64,000 nt of DNA from the NCBI GenBank assembly GCA_964486065.1, contig CAZAKN010000001.1:80657-144656 (forward strand). Reading direction: 5' to 3'. Positions 27,766 to 37,625 of the stretch are shown piece after piece; the first letter of the stretch is position 1, and each line of letters begins with the position of its first letter. The translations under genes and the position numbers were made by a program. The notes beneath the pieces were generated by a model. It saw nothing but the letters and a program-made list of their open reading frames with translations. It did not search any database and was not told the origin of the DNA. The stretch comes from an uncultured Gammaproteobacteria bacterium. Its GTDB lineage: Bacteria; Patescibacteriota; Patescibacteriia; UBA11705; JABHMO01.

Positions 27766-27939
27766 CCTCCTTGCTTGCCGAGATCAAATAAAAAGGAACA
27801 AGAATAGTATTTTTTATCATAATTTAGCCCAAAAAGCAATTCTATCTTAAAATCTATAAATATTTCAAATATATTATCTAATTTTAGATAAATAAAAAAA
27901 CGGAGAAATTTCCCCGATTTATTCAACTGCAACCTATCT

Positions 27940-28137
27940 TCACCATATTAACGATAAAAACGCTTTTTCCCAAAGAAACATATTCCATACATTTTTCAAA
28001 AACCTATTTTTCCAGCTGAAAAGATCAATACTGAAAAGAATAATTCCCAAAACATGTGTCGCCGAAAAAAGTATCGTTAGCACCAACAACCAAATTGGCA
28101 ATGAAGCATAAGAAAGAACAAATGACACCACAATCAA
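27940..28137 (-). CDS. Hypothetical small polytopic membrane protein (paralog of 28208-28459)
   Basis: 65 aa, hydrophobic, ends ...NMFLWEKAFL; shares F(F/L)WEK C-terminal motif with neighbour. Confidence 0.3.
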   Translation of the reverse strand: MIVVSFVLSYASLPIWLLVLTILFSATHVLGIILFSIDLFSWKNRFLKNVWNMFLWEKAFLSLIW

Positions 28138-28207
28138 AGCCTACACTATACCGAGAAGCAAGCTTAATGCTACTGCAAATTCTCAAACCTCATAATCTTT
28201 TTTTTGC

Positions 28208-28459
28208 TCAGCCATTCTTTTTCACCTCCAGCAAGTATTTTTCCCAAAAAAAGATATGGAAAATATTCATAACAAGACCTTGATTTACTTGGAAAGATTT
28301 TGGGAGCATGTAAACCTGTCCCAGCATATGAAACATCATCAACAGCACGAAAACAGCGAGTGGCGTTTCAAATGAACTGGGCGATTTGATTAATAGCACA
28401 CAACCTCCCAACATAAGCAAACCGCTCAGCAAAAGACTGATTAAAGAGCTTATCTCCAA
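28208..28459 (-). CDS. Hypothetical small polytopic membrane protein
   Basis: 83 aa hydrophobic ORF ending ...NIFHIFFWEKYLL. Confidence 0.3.
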   Translation of the reverse strand: MEISSLISLLLSGLLMLGGCVLLIKSPSSFETPLAVFVLLMMFHMLGQVYMLPKSFQVNQGLVMNIFHIFFWEKYLLEVKKNG

Positions 28460-28525
28460 TTTCTTTTACGCTTTTTCCAAAGTGGTTTTTAAAGGTTCGT
28501 TCATTTTTCCCTCCAATTCCATCTC

Positions 28526-28951
28526 CTATGTTATATTGGGTTTACTCCCATATTTGGGAATAACAATATTACTCTTTTTGGTTTTCGGCATTTGTTCAAT
28601 CGCTTTTTGCCAAACCTTGGCCAGTTTTTCATCTTCCGGTAAATCCAACCACTTTTTTTGCAATTTAACACCCACCACTTTTATTTTCAAAGCATATGCC
28701 AAAGTATTGGCGGTAGCCACGCCTATTCTCAAAGCGGAAAATTGACCGGGGCCCGACACGACAAAGACAGCTTTTAAATCGGTCAATTTATTTTTTTTCT
28801 TATTTAATATTTCATCTATAGTTTTTAAAAGCAATTCAGCCTGTGAATACGGCTTATTTACTTCTTTAACGCAAAAACTTTCCTTATCTCCCAAGGCCAA
28901 GGAAAATTTATCATTTTGTTCGATGGATACAAGAATATACATAATTTTCAT
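28526..28951 (-). CDS. tsaB: tRNA t6A biosynthesis protein TsaB (YeaZ-like, short form)
   Basis: 141 aa; N-terminal Kae1/YeaZ fold motifs (FVVSGPGQFSALRIGVATANTLAYAL). Confidence 0.65.
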   Translation of the reverse strand: MKIMYILVSIEQNDKFSLALGDKESFCVKEVNKPYSQAELLLKTIDEILNKKKNKLTDLKAVFVVSGPGQFSALRIGVATANTLAYALKIKVVGVKLQKKWLDLPEDEKLAKVWQKAIEQMPKTKKSNIVIPKYGSKPNIT

Positions 28952-29034
28952 ACATTATTCATAGTACGCAGATCAATAATCAAATATTTTGAGGCATTTA
29001 TTGTTCAGCAATATATAAATAATGTTTCCTGAAA

Positions 29035-29109
29035 TGGTACCCCCAAGGGGAATTGAACCCCTGTTTTCAGCGTGAGAAGCTGATGTCCTAACCACTAGAC
29101 GATGGGGGC
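29035..29109 (-). tRNA. tRNA-Glu (anticodon CUC)
   Basis: Hand-folded cloverleaf on minus strand: GCCCCCA acceptor, D arm GTCT/AGTGGTTA/GGAC, anticodon stem TCAGC-TTCTCAC-GCTGA (CTC), T arm AGGGG-TTCAATT-CCCCT, discriminator A, encoded CCA; closely resembles E. coli tRNA-Glu. Confidence 0.9.
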
Positions 29110-29110
29110 T

Positions 29111-29770
29111 CTATTCATCTTCTCGCAATTCCTTCATTTTATCAACCACAATTATATTTTTCTCATTTTCCAAAATATCCATTAAAAATCTATCTTCAAT
29201 ATCTTTGCGCAATTGATATTCCACATTATCCAAAATCGTATAACGAATCGCTTTATTGCTTTCCTGTTCCAATTCCGCCAAAACCTCTCCGATTCTATCT
29301 TTTTTCAATTTTTTCCCTATAATCAAAAGATCCGTATTGGCTCTTTCGTCTTCCACGAAAACTCCGCTGAGCGCCAAATACTTCACATCACCGTATCGCT
29401 TGATTTTTTCCACATACTTTCGTTCCACTAGAACTTTCCCCTTGGCGAATAAATTCAGCAAATCTTGATGAAAAATATTTTTCGGATTTAAATAATAATA
29501 CTTTTTCGCATTAAAAGATTTCTTGGGGCCTGCGGCCGGCTTTTCGCTTTCAGATTCTCCTTCCTCTTTTTCAAGCTTGTTTTTTTTCTGTTCAGCCTCG
29601 GTCAAAATCAATTGCAATTCCACCAAATTATTCAATTCCCTGCGCACCGAATTGATCAAAGCTCCCGTAATTCTGGTCAATTCACGCACATAATATCTTT
29701 TTTCCGGATTTTCCAAAAACAATTGCATTAATTTTACTCTGGTTTTTGAACCAAATAATTGTTCAAACAT
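29111..29770 (-). CDS. Hypothetical protein with N-terminal winged-helix-like region and coiled coil
   Basis: 219-aa ORF abutting tRNA-Glu; product not recognised. Confidence 0.45.
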   Translation of the reverse strand: MFEQLFGSKTRVKLMQLFLENPEKRYYVRELTRITGALINSVRRELNNLVELQLILTEAEQKKNKLEKEEGESESEKPAAGPKKSFNAKKYYYLNPKNIFHQDLLNLFAKGKVLVERKYVEKIKRYGDVKYLALSGVFVEDERANTDLLIIGKKLKKDRIGEVLAELEQESNKAIRYTILDNVEYQLRKDIEDRFLMDILENEKNIIVVDKMKELREDE

Positions 29771-29887
29771 ATATATTTTGTTGTTCAGAAGCGTTATTTA
29801 CTTCAATTTCTACATATAGTATAATAAATGCAAATCAAAATGTAGTCAAATTACTCAATTTGAGAACAATAATTTTGTCAAGATTAT

Positions 29888-32116
29888 ATGGAAAACAAAT
29901 TTGAATTATCTCTGAATGAAATTTACCGCCACGGCAAACACGGCCACGATTCCTACCTTTGCGAAGACTTTATCATCTACCCCGAAGGAAAGGAAAAGCA
30001 CGGCGGTTTTGTTTTTGGCTTAATTGAACTGCGTGCCACTCCGATTAAACACGCTGAATTGATCACTCGCACCATCATCAACTCCTTGAAAGACGAATAC
30101 TACAATCAAATCAATGCTTCGCCCGATCCGAACAAATTAAATTTGGAAGCCGTTTTTGAACACGCTTTGCAAAAGACCAATACTTCAATCACCGAACTTT
30201 TGGAAATCGGACAAGCTAGCTTAACATTAAAAAATCTTAATTATGTTATCGCCGTGGCAAAACAGGAAAATGATGATTCCGCATCCATATATTTAACTCA
30301 ACACGGCTCCACTTTCGCTTACTTACTTCATCCGAATAAAGAAAGAAAATACAAACCTTTCAATATAATTGAAAAAGATGTCAAAACCGAAAGCGATTTA
30401 CATGATGAAATTAAGATTTTTTCATCAACTTTGGCCGGTAGCATTGGCAAAAAAGATGTTTTCTATTTGGCTACGGAGAATTTCAACACTTTTATTTCTG
30501 CCAACAAAGTCGCGGACAGCTTAAACAACTTCACCTTACAAGAAGCTCAAGAACATTTGAAACATTTGGTTAAAAAAACCGACCATGACTCATACATGAC
30601 GCACGCGTCCATATTTTTAAATTTAAAAGAAAAATCACTTGCTTCCGCGGAAGCGGTTTCCAAAGAATCCATAGACAGACTAATCACCACCAAACAAGCG
30701 ACTGAAAAATTTTTATCAAACGGTTTCAGTTTCAATATTAAATCTTACACCAAGTCAATCACGGAATTTTTCAACAAAACCGCCCGAAAAATCGGCTTTA
30801 ATTTAAAAAACCGAAAATCCTCGCCAAATGATGGTAATGCTCTGATCAAACAAGGTAAAAGCGTTATTCGCTTCGTGCAAGTAATCGTTACCAAAGCTCC
30901 CGCCATGCTGAAAAGCGGTTTTTCACAAGCCGGTCGTCATGTCAATAAAAAAAATTTAAATAAAACTTTACGCGCGTCCGGTACGGCCATTAAAAAATCT
31001 CGCGATAAAGTTAAATCATTACACAGAGTCAATATCGGGATTTTAATCGGAATCTTGGTGGTTGTGGTTTTATTTATCCTCGGTATCTTCTGGGTTCAAA
31101 AACATAATGAAGAAAAACAGGTAGCCGAAGCTTATCAAAATGAAATCACTTCAATTGATCAAATGATCGGCAACGCGGAAGTCAAACTGATTCAAAAAGA
31201 CGAGCCAGGAAGTTTAAAACTGCTAAAACAAGCTGAAGAAAAAATCAAATACTTACCACAAGCCACGGAAGAACAACAAGCTAATTTTGAAAGATTAAAC
31301 CAATTGGCCGGCAATTTGCAAAACAAGCTTTTGCGCATAAAGAAGGTAACGCCACGATTGATCACGGAAATAAAAGCTAATGAACAAAAAGTAACTCCGA
31401 TTTCCGTGGGTAAAACGGAAAATGAAATTTTAATGTCTTACGGAGAAGACGCTGTTATCAGTTATGATCTTGAAGGGAAAACCTTGTCCGCTCCATTACC
31501 GGGAAACCATGGAGAAATAGTTCATACGGCTTCCGATGAAGATTCAGCAGTTTATATTACCGCAGCTCGCGACGCTTTGCTTTACAATAAAGCCAATAAT
31601 TCCTTAGATAAAAAATCCATCAATTGGGGAAATTTAGGGATAACCAATATAGCCCTTTTCAACGACAATCTTTACGCTTTGGACAGTGAGCAAGAAATGA
31701 TTTTCAAATACGCCAACACCGGCTCAGGCTGGAGCGGTCAACAATTCTGGCTTAAAAACAAAGGCACCGCCAATTTATCACAAACGGTTGATCTAGCTAT
31801 AGACGGAAATATTTATGTTTTAACGACCGACGGCAAAGCTTATAAGTTTTTCAGTGGTAAACAAGAAGAATTCGCCTTAAATCAAATAGAACCACCACTT
31901 AAAAACGCTAACGCAATTTACACGCAAAATGAAGAGGACAATCTTTATGTTTTGGAAGGTTCAAGCAAACGCTTGGTTGAATTTGATAAATTCGGTCGTT
32001 TCATCGGTCAATATCAATTTGATTCATTAACCACCCCGATTCAAGACGGCATACTTGGTGGCAACACTTTTTACTTCACTTCCGGCGAAAAACTTTACTC
32101 CGCCAAATTGGAATAG
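29888..32116 (+). CDS. Large hypothetical single-pass membrane protein (742 aa)
   Basis: Long ORF; central TM helix (IGILIGILVVVVLFILGIFWV) separating N-terminal cytoplasmic domain from C-terminal repeat-like (possible beta-propeller) ectodomain. Confidence 0.6.
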   Translation: MENKFELSLNEIYRHGKHGHDSYLCEDFIIYPEGKEKHGGFVFGLIELRATPIKHAELITRTIINSLKDEYYNQINASPDPNKLNLEAVFEHALQKTNTSITELLEIGQASLTLKNLNYVIAVAKQENDDSASIYLTQHGSTFAYLLHPNKERKYKPFNIIEKDVKTESDLHDEIKIFSSTLAGSIGKKDVFYLATENFNTFISANKVADSLNNFTLQEAQEHLKHLVKKTDHDSYMTHASIFLNLKEKSLASAEAVSKESIDRLITTKQATEKFLSNGFSFNIKSYTKSITEFFNKTARKIGFNLKNRKSSPNDGNALIKQGKSVIRFVQVIVTKAPAMLKSGFSQAGRHVNKKNLNKTLRASGTAIKKSRDKVKSLHRVNIGILIGILVVVVLFILGIFWVQKHNEEKQVAEAYQNEITSIDQMIGNAEVKLIQKDEPGSLKLLKQAEEKIKYLPQATEEQQANFERLNQLAGNLQNKLLRIKKVTPRLITEIKANEQKVTPISVGKTENEILMSYGEDAVISYDLEGKTLSAPLPGNHGEIVHTASDEDSAVYITAARDALLYNKANNSLDKKSINWGNLGITNIALFNDNLYALDSEQEMIFKYANTGSGWSGQQFWLKNKGTANLSQTVDLAIDGNIYVLTTDGKAYKFFSGKQEEFALNQIEPPLKNANAIYTQNEEDNLYVLEGSSKRLVEFDKFGRFIGQYQFDSLTTPIQDGILGGNTFYFTSGEKLYSAKLE

Positions 32117-32144
32117 CGAGATAAACCGCAAACTCAATTAGAAT

Positions 32145-32178
32145 AAAAAAATTCCCGTTTAAACGGGAATTTTTTATT
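32145..32178. terminator. Bidirectional rho-independent terminator (ATTCCCGTTT/AAACGGGAAT palindrome flanked by A6 and T5)
   Basis: Perfect 10-bp palindromic stem between convergent genes 29888-32116 (+) and rplL (-). Confidence 0.7.
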
Positions 32179-32188
32179 AAGAAGTGAA

Positions 32189-32635
32189 TTATTTAAGATC
32201 AACTGAAGCTCCGGCTTCTTGCAATTTCTTTCTGATTTCTTCCGCTTCTTCCTTTTTAACTTTTTCTTTAATAACCTTGGGAGCAGCTTCCACCAAATCT
32301 TTGGCTTCTTTCAATCCCAAACCGGATACTTCTTTAACCACCTTGATAACGGCGATCTTATTGTCTCCGGCACCTGACAATTCAATGTCAAATTCGGATT
32401 TTTCTTCAACAGCTTCCACATCACCACCTGCGGCCGGTCCTGCGGCTACTGCTACCGGAGCAGCGGCGCTTACGCCGAATTTATCTTCCAAAATTTCCAC
32501 CAATTCAGCCAAATCCATTACAGACATTTTTTCAATCTCTCCAACCAGAGATTTGAATTTTTCAGGAACGGCTACTTCCTTTTTTTCTTCTTTTGCTTCT
32601 GCTTGAGGAGCATCTGTCTTTTTTTCTTCAGTCAT
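32189..32635 (-). CDS. rplL: 50S ribosomal protein L7/L12
   Basis: 148 aa; Ala/Glu-rich hinge and conserved C-terminal domain (KEAKDLVE...). Confidence 0.9.
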   Translation of the reverse strand: MTEEKKTDAPQAEAKEEKKEVAVPEKFKSLVGEIEKMSVMDLAELVEILEDKFGVSAAAPVAVAAGPAAGGDVEAVEEKSEFDIELSGAGDNKIAVIKVVKEVSGLGLKEAKDLVEAAPKVIKEKVKKEEAEEIRKKLQEAGASVDLK

Positions 32636-32667
32636 ATTATTTTTTTAATTATTAATATTTTCAATTA

Positions 32668-33192
32668 TTATTGTTTGGTGTCTTTAATGGCGTTCAAGAC
32701 TTGCACCAATGAACGCAAATTTCCTCCCATGACATTGACAAACCCGGAAATCGGAGCTTTGAGTGATCCGACCATCTTCGCCAAAAGTTCTTCTTTGCCC
32801 GGCAAATCCGCCAATTTTTTCAATTGTTCAACACTCACCGACTCCCCTTCCATAACTCCGGTTTGGAAATTTATTTGTTCATGTTCTTTGGAAAACTTTT
32901 TAATAATCTTAGCGGGCAGAACTTCATCATCTTGACTGATTGCTATCCCCAGACTACCTTGTAATGATTTGATATCAATATCTTCAATACCATTATTTTT
33001 CAAAGCCAAGCCCAATAATGTTTTTTTGATAATAAAGAAATCAATGTTTTCTTCTCTCAATTGTTTACGCAAATCCTCGGATTCAACCACTGTTAAACCG
33101 TCATAATTGGCCACCACTGCGGATTTGGCTGATTTTAATTTTTCAATCAAGTCATTTACGACTTGCTCTTTAAATTGCTTACTTTTAGCCAT
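32668..33192 (-). CDS. rplJ: 50S ribosomal protein L10
   Basis: 174 aa; immediately upstream of rplL; L10 family. Confidence 0.85.
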   Translation of the reverse strand: MAKSKQFKEQVVNDLIEKLKSAKSAVVANYDGLTVVESEDLRKQLREENIDFFIIKKTLLGLALKNNGIEDIDIKSLQGSLGIAISQDDEVLPAKIIKKFSKEHEQINFQTGVMEGESVSVEQLKKLADLPGKEELLAKMVGSLKAPISGFVNVMGGNLRSLVQVLNAIKDTKQ

Positions 33193-33453
33193 ATTTTGTT
33201 ATTTTATTGCTAAATTTAAATAAAAAATATCTGCTTCCGCAGACATCAAAATATTTAGAAATTATTATTTTGCCTAGGCGGGAAATTAAGCTATTCAGCA
33301 CCCACTGTCTACGGTAAATATTGTTGAAAACAGTATAATATTTTTTTTAATAACTGTCAAATACCCTCACGAAACACGGAATCTAAAACTGTAACGAAGC
33401 AAACGAGAGATGATTAAAAACCATAATCTGTGAATTTTTCCTCTTCCTATGCT

Positions 33454-34596
33454 TTACTTGTCAATCAATCTAACCAACTTTTCGGCTTGTTTTTCCCAAG
33501 TGAATTTTTCCATTGCGCGAGATTTACCATATTCCCCCATTTCTTCAGCTTTTTCTTTATCGCTCAGTAATATAATCAGAGCGTCAGCGATTTCCGTGGG
33601 ATTATGAGGATCCACCAAAATCCCGCTTTTCCTATCAGCCACAGCCTCGGTCGCGCCACCTTCATTTCCCGCTACCACCGGCTTACCATACAAATTAGCT
33701 TCCAGATAAACTATGCCGAAACCTTCAATATCACCGTTTTTCAATATTCTTGAAGGCATCACGAAAACTTCACATGATTCATACAATACCGGTAATTCAA
33801 AATCCAAAATATCATCAAAAATTATGACATGATCTTCCAGACCGTAACTACCGACCAATCTTTGCAAACTATCCTGTTCCGGTCCTTGTCCCACCAGAAT
33901 ACAATACGCATTAGGAACTTTTTCAACCACTTTTTCCATGGCGGCAATTAATTTATCCTGTCCCTTTCTTTTTATAAATCTACCAACACACAGAATCAAG
34001 CTTTTACCGTGAAGATTAAATAAATTACGAAAATTTTGCAATCTTCCTTCCGTTACCTTTTCATATTGAATATTGGCGCAAGGATAAATGATTTCAGTTT
34101 TTTCTGCGACTTGCGGATCTATTTTTTTTAAAATATTTAAAGTGCTTTGACTGTTGGAAACAATTGATTCCGCGTTTTTGATTATTTTTTTTGTCAACCA
34201 AAATTTTCTTTTTGTAACCCCGGCCAAAGCCGCGTCCAAACCGTGAAATGAAACAATATACGGAATATTGAAAAGCTTTTTAAGAATCAACGCCACCGTT
34301 CCCACCGGCAGAACATGCGTTACTATCAATTTTTGTATTTTTTCCATTTTAATCAATCTGTATGTCTCCCGTAATATCGGCAACCATTCGGGACAAAACG
34401 CGCACCATTTATTCATCAGATTTTTACGATAAATAATATAATTTTGATGCTGATCAAAATCCAAAGAATCATCAGCCTCAGGCGCCAAAACCACTAAATC
34501 TTGACCAGGCAAATTTTTATTCAAATTAGCCCAATAATTCGCCACTCCTCCAAACATCGGCGGATAATCAATTGTTACCAACATGGTTCTTTTCAT
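33454..34596 (-). CDS. Glycosyltransferase family 4 (GT-B, group 1)
   Basis: 380 aa; C-terminal GT4 donor-binding region (EGFGIVYLEANLYGKPVVAG...). Confidence 0.8.
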   Translation of the reverse strand: MKRTMLVTIDYPPMFGGVANYWANLNKNLPGQDLVVLAPEADDSLDFDQHQNYIIYRKNLMNKWCAFCPEWLPILRETYRLIKMEKIQKLIVTHVLPVGTVALILKKLFNIPYIVSFHGLDAALAGVTKRKFWLTKKIIKNAESIVSNSQSTLNILKKIDPQVAEKTEIIYPCANIQYEKVTEGRLQNFRNLFNLHGKSLILCVGRFIKRKGQDKLIAAMEKVVEKVPNAYCILVGQGPEQDSLQRLVGSYGLEDHVIIFDDILDFELPVLYESCEVFVMPSRILKNGDIEGFGIVYLEANLYGKPVVAGNEGGATEAVADRKSGILVDPHNPTEIADALIILLSDKEKAEEMGEYGKSRAMEKFTWEKQAEKLVRLIDK

Positions 34597-36050
34597 ACTT
34601 GAGTTTTATCTTTATGCCTGAGTAAAGTAATAAAATATTGCAAATCTTCTTTGGTGTACCCTTTTATTATATACAAACTTAACGCATAAACCAATGCTCC
34701 AAGAAGTATCAAAACCATAAAATTCCAATCATACCAAATCAGCAACCCGTAAATAACGACCACCATTAAGCCGGCTGAAAATATGCTTTTGAAAAAAATT
34801 TTCAATAAATATCTTTTACTGTAAGGAATAATTTTCCTAGCCACCCATAAACTCATGATAAATAAAGTGAAATGACTGATCAAAAAAGCTGAAGCCGCTC
34901 CAACATAACTCCAAGCGGGAATGAAAAACGCGTTTAAGATAATATTGATTATCATGGTTCCTCCCACCAATTTCGCGTTTGTTACCTGTTTATCGCAACC
35001 GTTCAATAATGAGCCTAAAGGAAAATTTAAAAAAACAAAGATTATTCCCGCCATGAGTATTTGTAAAGGTAAAACAGATTCCAAATATTTATCAGTGTAC
35101 AATGATAATAATACCGGCTTAGCCAAGACCGCTACACCGGCGCCTATCGGCACCGAAATAATTGTTAAAAACATCATACCACGATCAAAAGTTCTTTTAA
35201 GTTGAATTTTATCACTGATAAACAAATGGCTGAAAGCCGGAAAAATCGCCGCCGCCAAAGCCGCCGGCACGAATTGTAAAGCAAATGGAATTTTCATGGC
35301 CACATTGTAAATGGCCACAGCCGTGTCTCCCATCAATTTTGATAAAATAACACTGTCAATATAACCATAAATTTTACTAAAAATAGCAATCAAAGCAAAT
35401 GGCCACCCCACGATAAATAAAATCTTTAACAAATCTCCGCGCCAAGCCAAGCGCAACTTAAAATCCAAAACCTTTCTAACGGCTACATAAGCGAACACAA
35501 CCGTAAACGCGCTGGCTGCCAAAAACGGTAACATTAAATAAATTAATGGCATTTGTAAGTAAAGGATTATCAAACCGGATATTACGATAATCAACTGATT
35601 GATAACTATACCGATTGCTTCATATTTTAAATTTCGGCGACCACGAAAAGCTCCCCAGAATGTAACCGCCAATTGATCAAAAATCATAATTAAACCAGAA
35701 ATATAAACCAAATTTTTGGTAATTTGCGGATATCCGAGCAAATTAATGGTTAAAACAATCAGCAAATAAACCACGAAACTGAAAACTATTTTCGCGGAAA
35801 TTACTCCGGATAAATATTTATCAGCTTTTTCTTTGAATTTAGCGGACTCTCGGATTAAAGCTTGAGTTAAGCCTAAATCCGTAAATACCGAAAACATTGT
35901 GGTGAATCCCAAAGCATAAGTGTATTTCCCCAAATCACCGACTTCCAAAAAACGCGCCACCATCACAAAATAAAAAAAAGACAAAATTTTTTGCCCGATA
36001 TACGACGCGGTCAGATAAAATGCGTTTTTTGTTACGGATTTCTCAGTCAT
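34593..36050 (-). CDS. Polysaccharide flippase (Wzx/MOP superfamily)
   Basis: 485 aa, ~12-14 TM helices, PST-family pattern; 4-nt overlap with downstream GT4 gene. Confidence 0.75.
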   Translation of the reverse strand: MTEKSVTKNAFYLTASYIGQKILSFFYFVMVARFLEVGDLGKYTYALGFTTMFSVFTDLGLTQALIRESAKFKEKADKYLSGVISAKIVFSFVVYLLIVLTINLLGYPQITKNLVYISGLIMIFDQLAVTFWGAFRGRRNLKYEAIGIVINQLIIVISGLIILYLQMPLIYLMLPFLAASAFTVVFAYVAVRKVLDFKLRLAWRGDLLKILFIVGWPFALIAIFSKIYGYIDSVILSKLMGDTAVAIYNVAMKIPFALQFVPAALAAAIFPAFSHLFISDKIQLKRTFDRGMMFLTIISVPIGAGVAVLAKPVLLSLYTDKYLESVLPLQILMAGIIFVFLNFPLGSLLNGCDKQVTNAKLVGGTMIINIILNAFFIPAWSYVGAASAFLISHFTLFIMSLWVARKIIPYSKRYLLKIFFKSIFSAGLMVVVIYGLLIWYDWNFMVLILLGALVYALSLYIIKGYTKEDLQYFITLLRHKDKTQV

Positions 36051-36127
36051 ATTGTTTGTAAATTATACCAACTTTAGCTAAATTCAGCAATGGAATATGT
36101 GTATATTAGGCACAAAAATATTACACT

Positions 36128-36156
36128 TGACAATAATGTTTAATTAATGTAATGTT
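36128..36156 (+). promoter_or_regulatory. Candidate sigma-70-type promoter (TTGACA-17nt-TAATGT)
   Basis: Seen ~35 nt upstream of ORF 36180/36192. Confidence 0.35.
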
Positions 36157-36191
36157 AGATGTTGTTATTTTAACCTAAAATGGAGGTTCTA

Positions 36192-36680
36192 ATGGAAGCT
36201 CAAAAAAACGGTTTTTTTGATAATTCCACAGTGCACGGCATTGCCGCCTCGCTGTTCATGATTATTTTGATAATTTTAACCGCGGGGAGCATTTTCAGCT
36301 ACTCCGAGAAAAAACACGAAAAGTGCCCACTAGATCTGAAAGTTTGCATCCAGAACGGCAAAGTTAGTTTCTTGGAACCGCTGGACAAAGCCTATGAAGG
36401 CAATGAGCCACAAGTGATCCAGGAAAACTTTCGGTTAACTCGGATTAACGAAAAAGTCGGCTACAAGTTCCGCTGGCATGATCGCGTGGTGGAGCTGAAC
36501 AAAGATGGCATTTTCCAATGTTCATTGGATCATGCCACCATGGCCAACTCCATGCCTTGCACTCGCCGAGCGAAAAAACTCTGCGATGTTACCATGACTG
36601 GCTTCATGGGAGGGTGCGTGCATTTCAATGCACACGACCATTCAGGCAATCTTGCGTCAGATGAAAACACCCCGCCCTAA
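36192..36680 (+). CDS. Hypothetical membrane-anchored Cys-containing protein
   Basis: ORF track start 36180; internal GGAGG before second ATG (36192) favours MEAQKNG start; N-terminal TM helix; GC content higher than surroundings. Confidence 0.5.
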   Translation: MEAQKNGFFDNSTVHGIAASLFMIILIILTAGSIFSYSEKKHEKCPLDLKVCIQNGKVSFLEPLDKAYEGNEPQVIQENFRLTRINEKVGYKFRWHDRVVELNKDGIFQCSLDHATMANSMPCTRRAKKLCDVTMTGFMGGCVHFNAHDHSGNLASDENTPP

Positions 36681-36697
36681 ACTCTTTTCAAAACAAC

Positions 36698-36726
36698 GCC
36701 CCCAGTAAATAACGAGGGGCTTTTTT
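36698..36726 (+). terminator. Rho-independent terminator (GCCCC-13nt loop-GGGGC + T6)
   Basis: Seen in sequence after stop of 36192-36680. Confidence 0.5.
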
Positions 36727-36776
36727 AATTCACAAAAAATTCTCCGCTATTGGCGGAGAATTTTGTATATAAGAAA

Positions 36777-37265
36777 TTATCTTTTTTTCCATTGCGGTGC
36801 TTTTCTGGCTCGCTTAAGTCCGGGTTTCTTTCTTTCTTTTTTGCGAGGATCTCTGGTCAAGAATCCGGCTTTTTTCAAAGGTTTGCGAAAATTAGGATTC
36901 AATTGGATCAAAGCTTTGGCGATGCCGTGTCTGGCCGCTTCCGCTTGTCCGTTAACTCCGCCACCCATAACTTTTACGCTGATATCAAGTTTACCGTCTT
37001 GTCCCACGATTCGCACGGCGTTCAACAAAACATCTTGCAAATCCGGCGTGGGAAAATATTTTTTATAATCTTTTTGATTAACATTCACGTCTCCATTGCC
37101 CTTTTTAAACACTCTAACCTGCGCAACCGAAGTTTTGCGTTTGCCTACCGCGTATAAATATTCGTTTTTCTTTTTTTCATCCTTTTCTTCCGATTTGCTT
37201 TCTTGTTGTTCCGCTACCGCGGGGGCTTTTTCCTTGGTTTCAATTGTTGTCTTTTCTTCAGCCAT
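36777..37265 (-). CDS. rpsI: 30S ribosomal protein S9 (with N-terminal charged extension)
   Basis: 162 aa; S9 core YAVGKRKTSVAQVRV... and basic C-terminus; follows rplM. Confidence 0.9.
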   Translation of the reverse strand: MAEEKTTIETKEKAPAVAEQQESKSEEKDEKKKNEYLYAVGKRKTSVAQVRVFKKGNGDVNVNQKDYKKYFPTPDLQDVLLNAVRIVGQDGKLDISVKVMGGGVNGQAEAARHGIAKALIQLNPNFRKPLKKAGFLTRDPRKKERKKPGLKRARKAPQWKKR

Positions 37266-37267
37266 AA

Positions 37268-37624
37268 TTATTTATTATCAACGAATTTTAATCTTTTAAT
37301 CATTTGATTTCGTAATTTGTTTTTAGGTAACATATGATAAACCGCGTTCCAAAGTAAAAATTCCGGCTTTTCTTGCAACTTTGTCTTCATTACGGTTTCT
37401 TTTAATCCGCCGGGATAACCTGAATGACGATAGTATTTTTTTTGTTCCATTTTTTTCCCTGTAACTTTAACTTTATCGTAATTAACCACTTCCACCACAT
37501 CACCCAAATCCAAATTCGGCTGAAATTCAACTTTATGTTTACCTCTCAGCAAAGTGGCAATCTCGGTGGAAAGTCTTCCCAAGACTTTTCCTTCAGCATC
37601 AATTTTATGTGTTTGTCTTTGCAT
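37268..37624 (-). CDS. rplM: 50S ribosomal protein L13
   Basis: 118 aa; L13 family N-terminus (IDAEGKVLGRLST). Confidence 0.9.
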   Translation of the reverse strand: MQRQTHKIDAEGKVLGRLSTEIATLLRGKHKVEFQPNLDLGDVVEVVNYDKVKVTGKKMEQKKYYRHSGYPGGLKETVMKTKLQEKPEFLLWNAVYHMLPKNKLRNQMIKRLKFVDNK

Positions 37625-37625
37625 A

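Noticed and set aside
32184-32606. 140-aa + strand ORF
   Set aside because: Entirely antisense to rplL; Ser/Ala/Thr low-complexity translation; spurious.
33193-33453. rplJ (L10) leader autoregulatory RNA
   Set aside because: Only a short TCTGC-ttcc-GCAGA hairpin noticed; could not convincingly reconstruct the L10-leader structure by eye.
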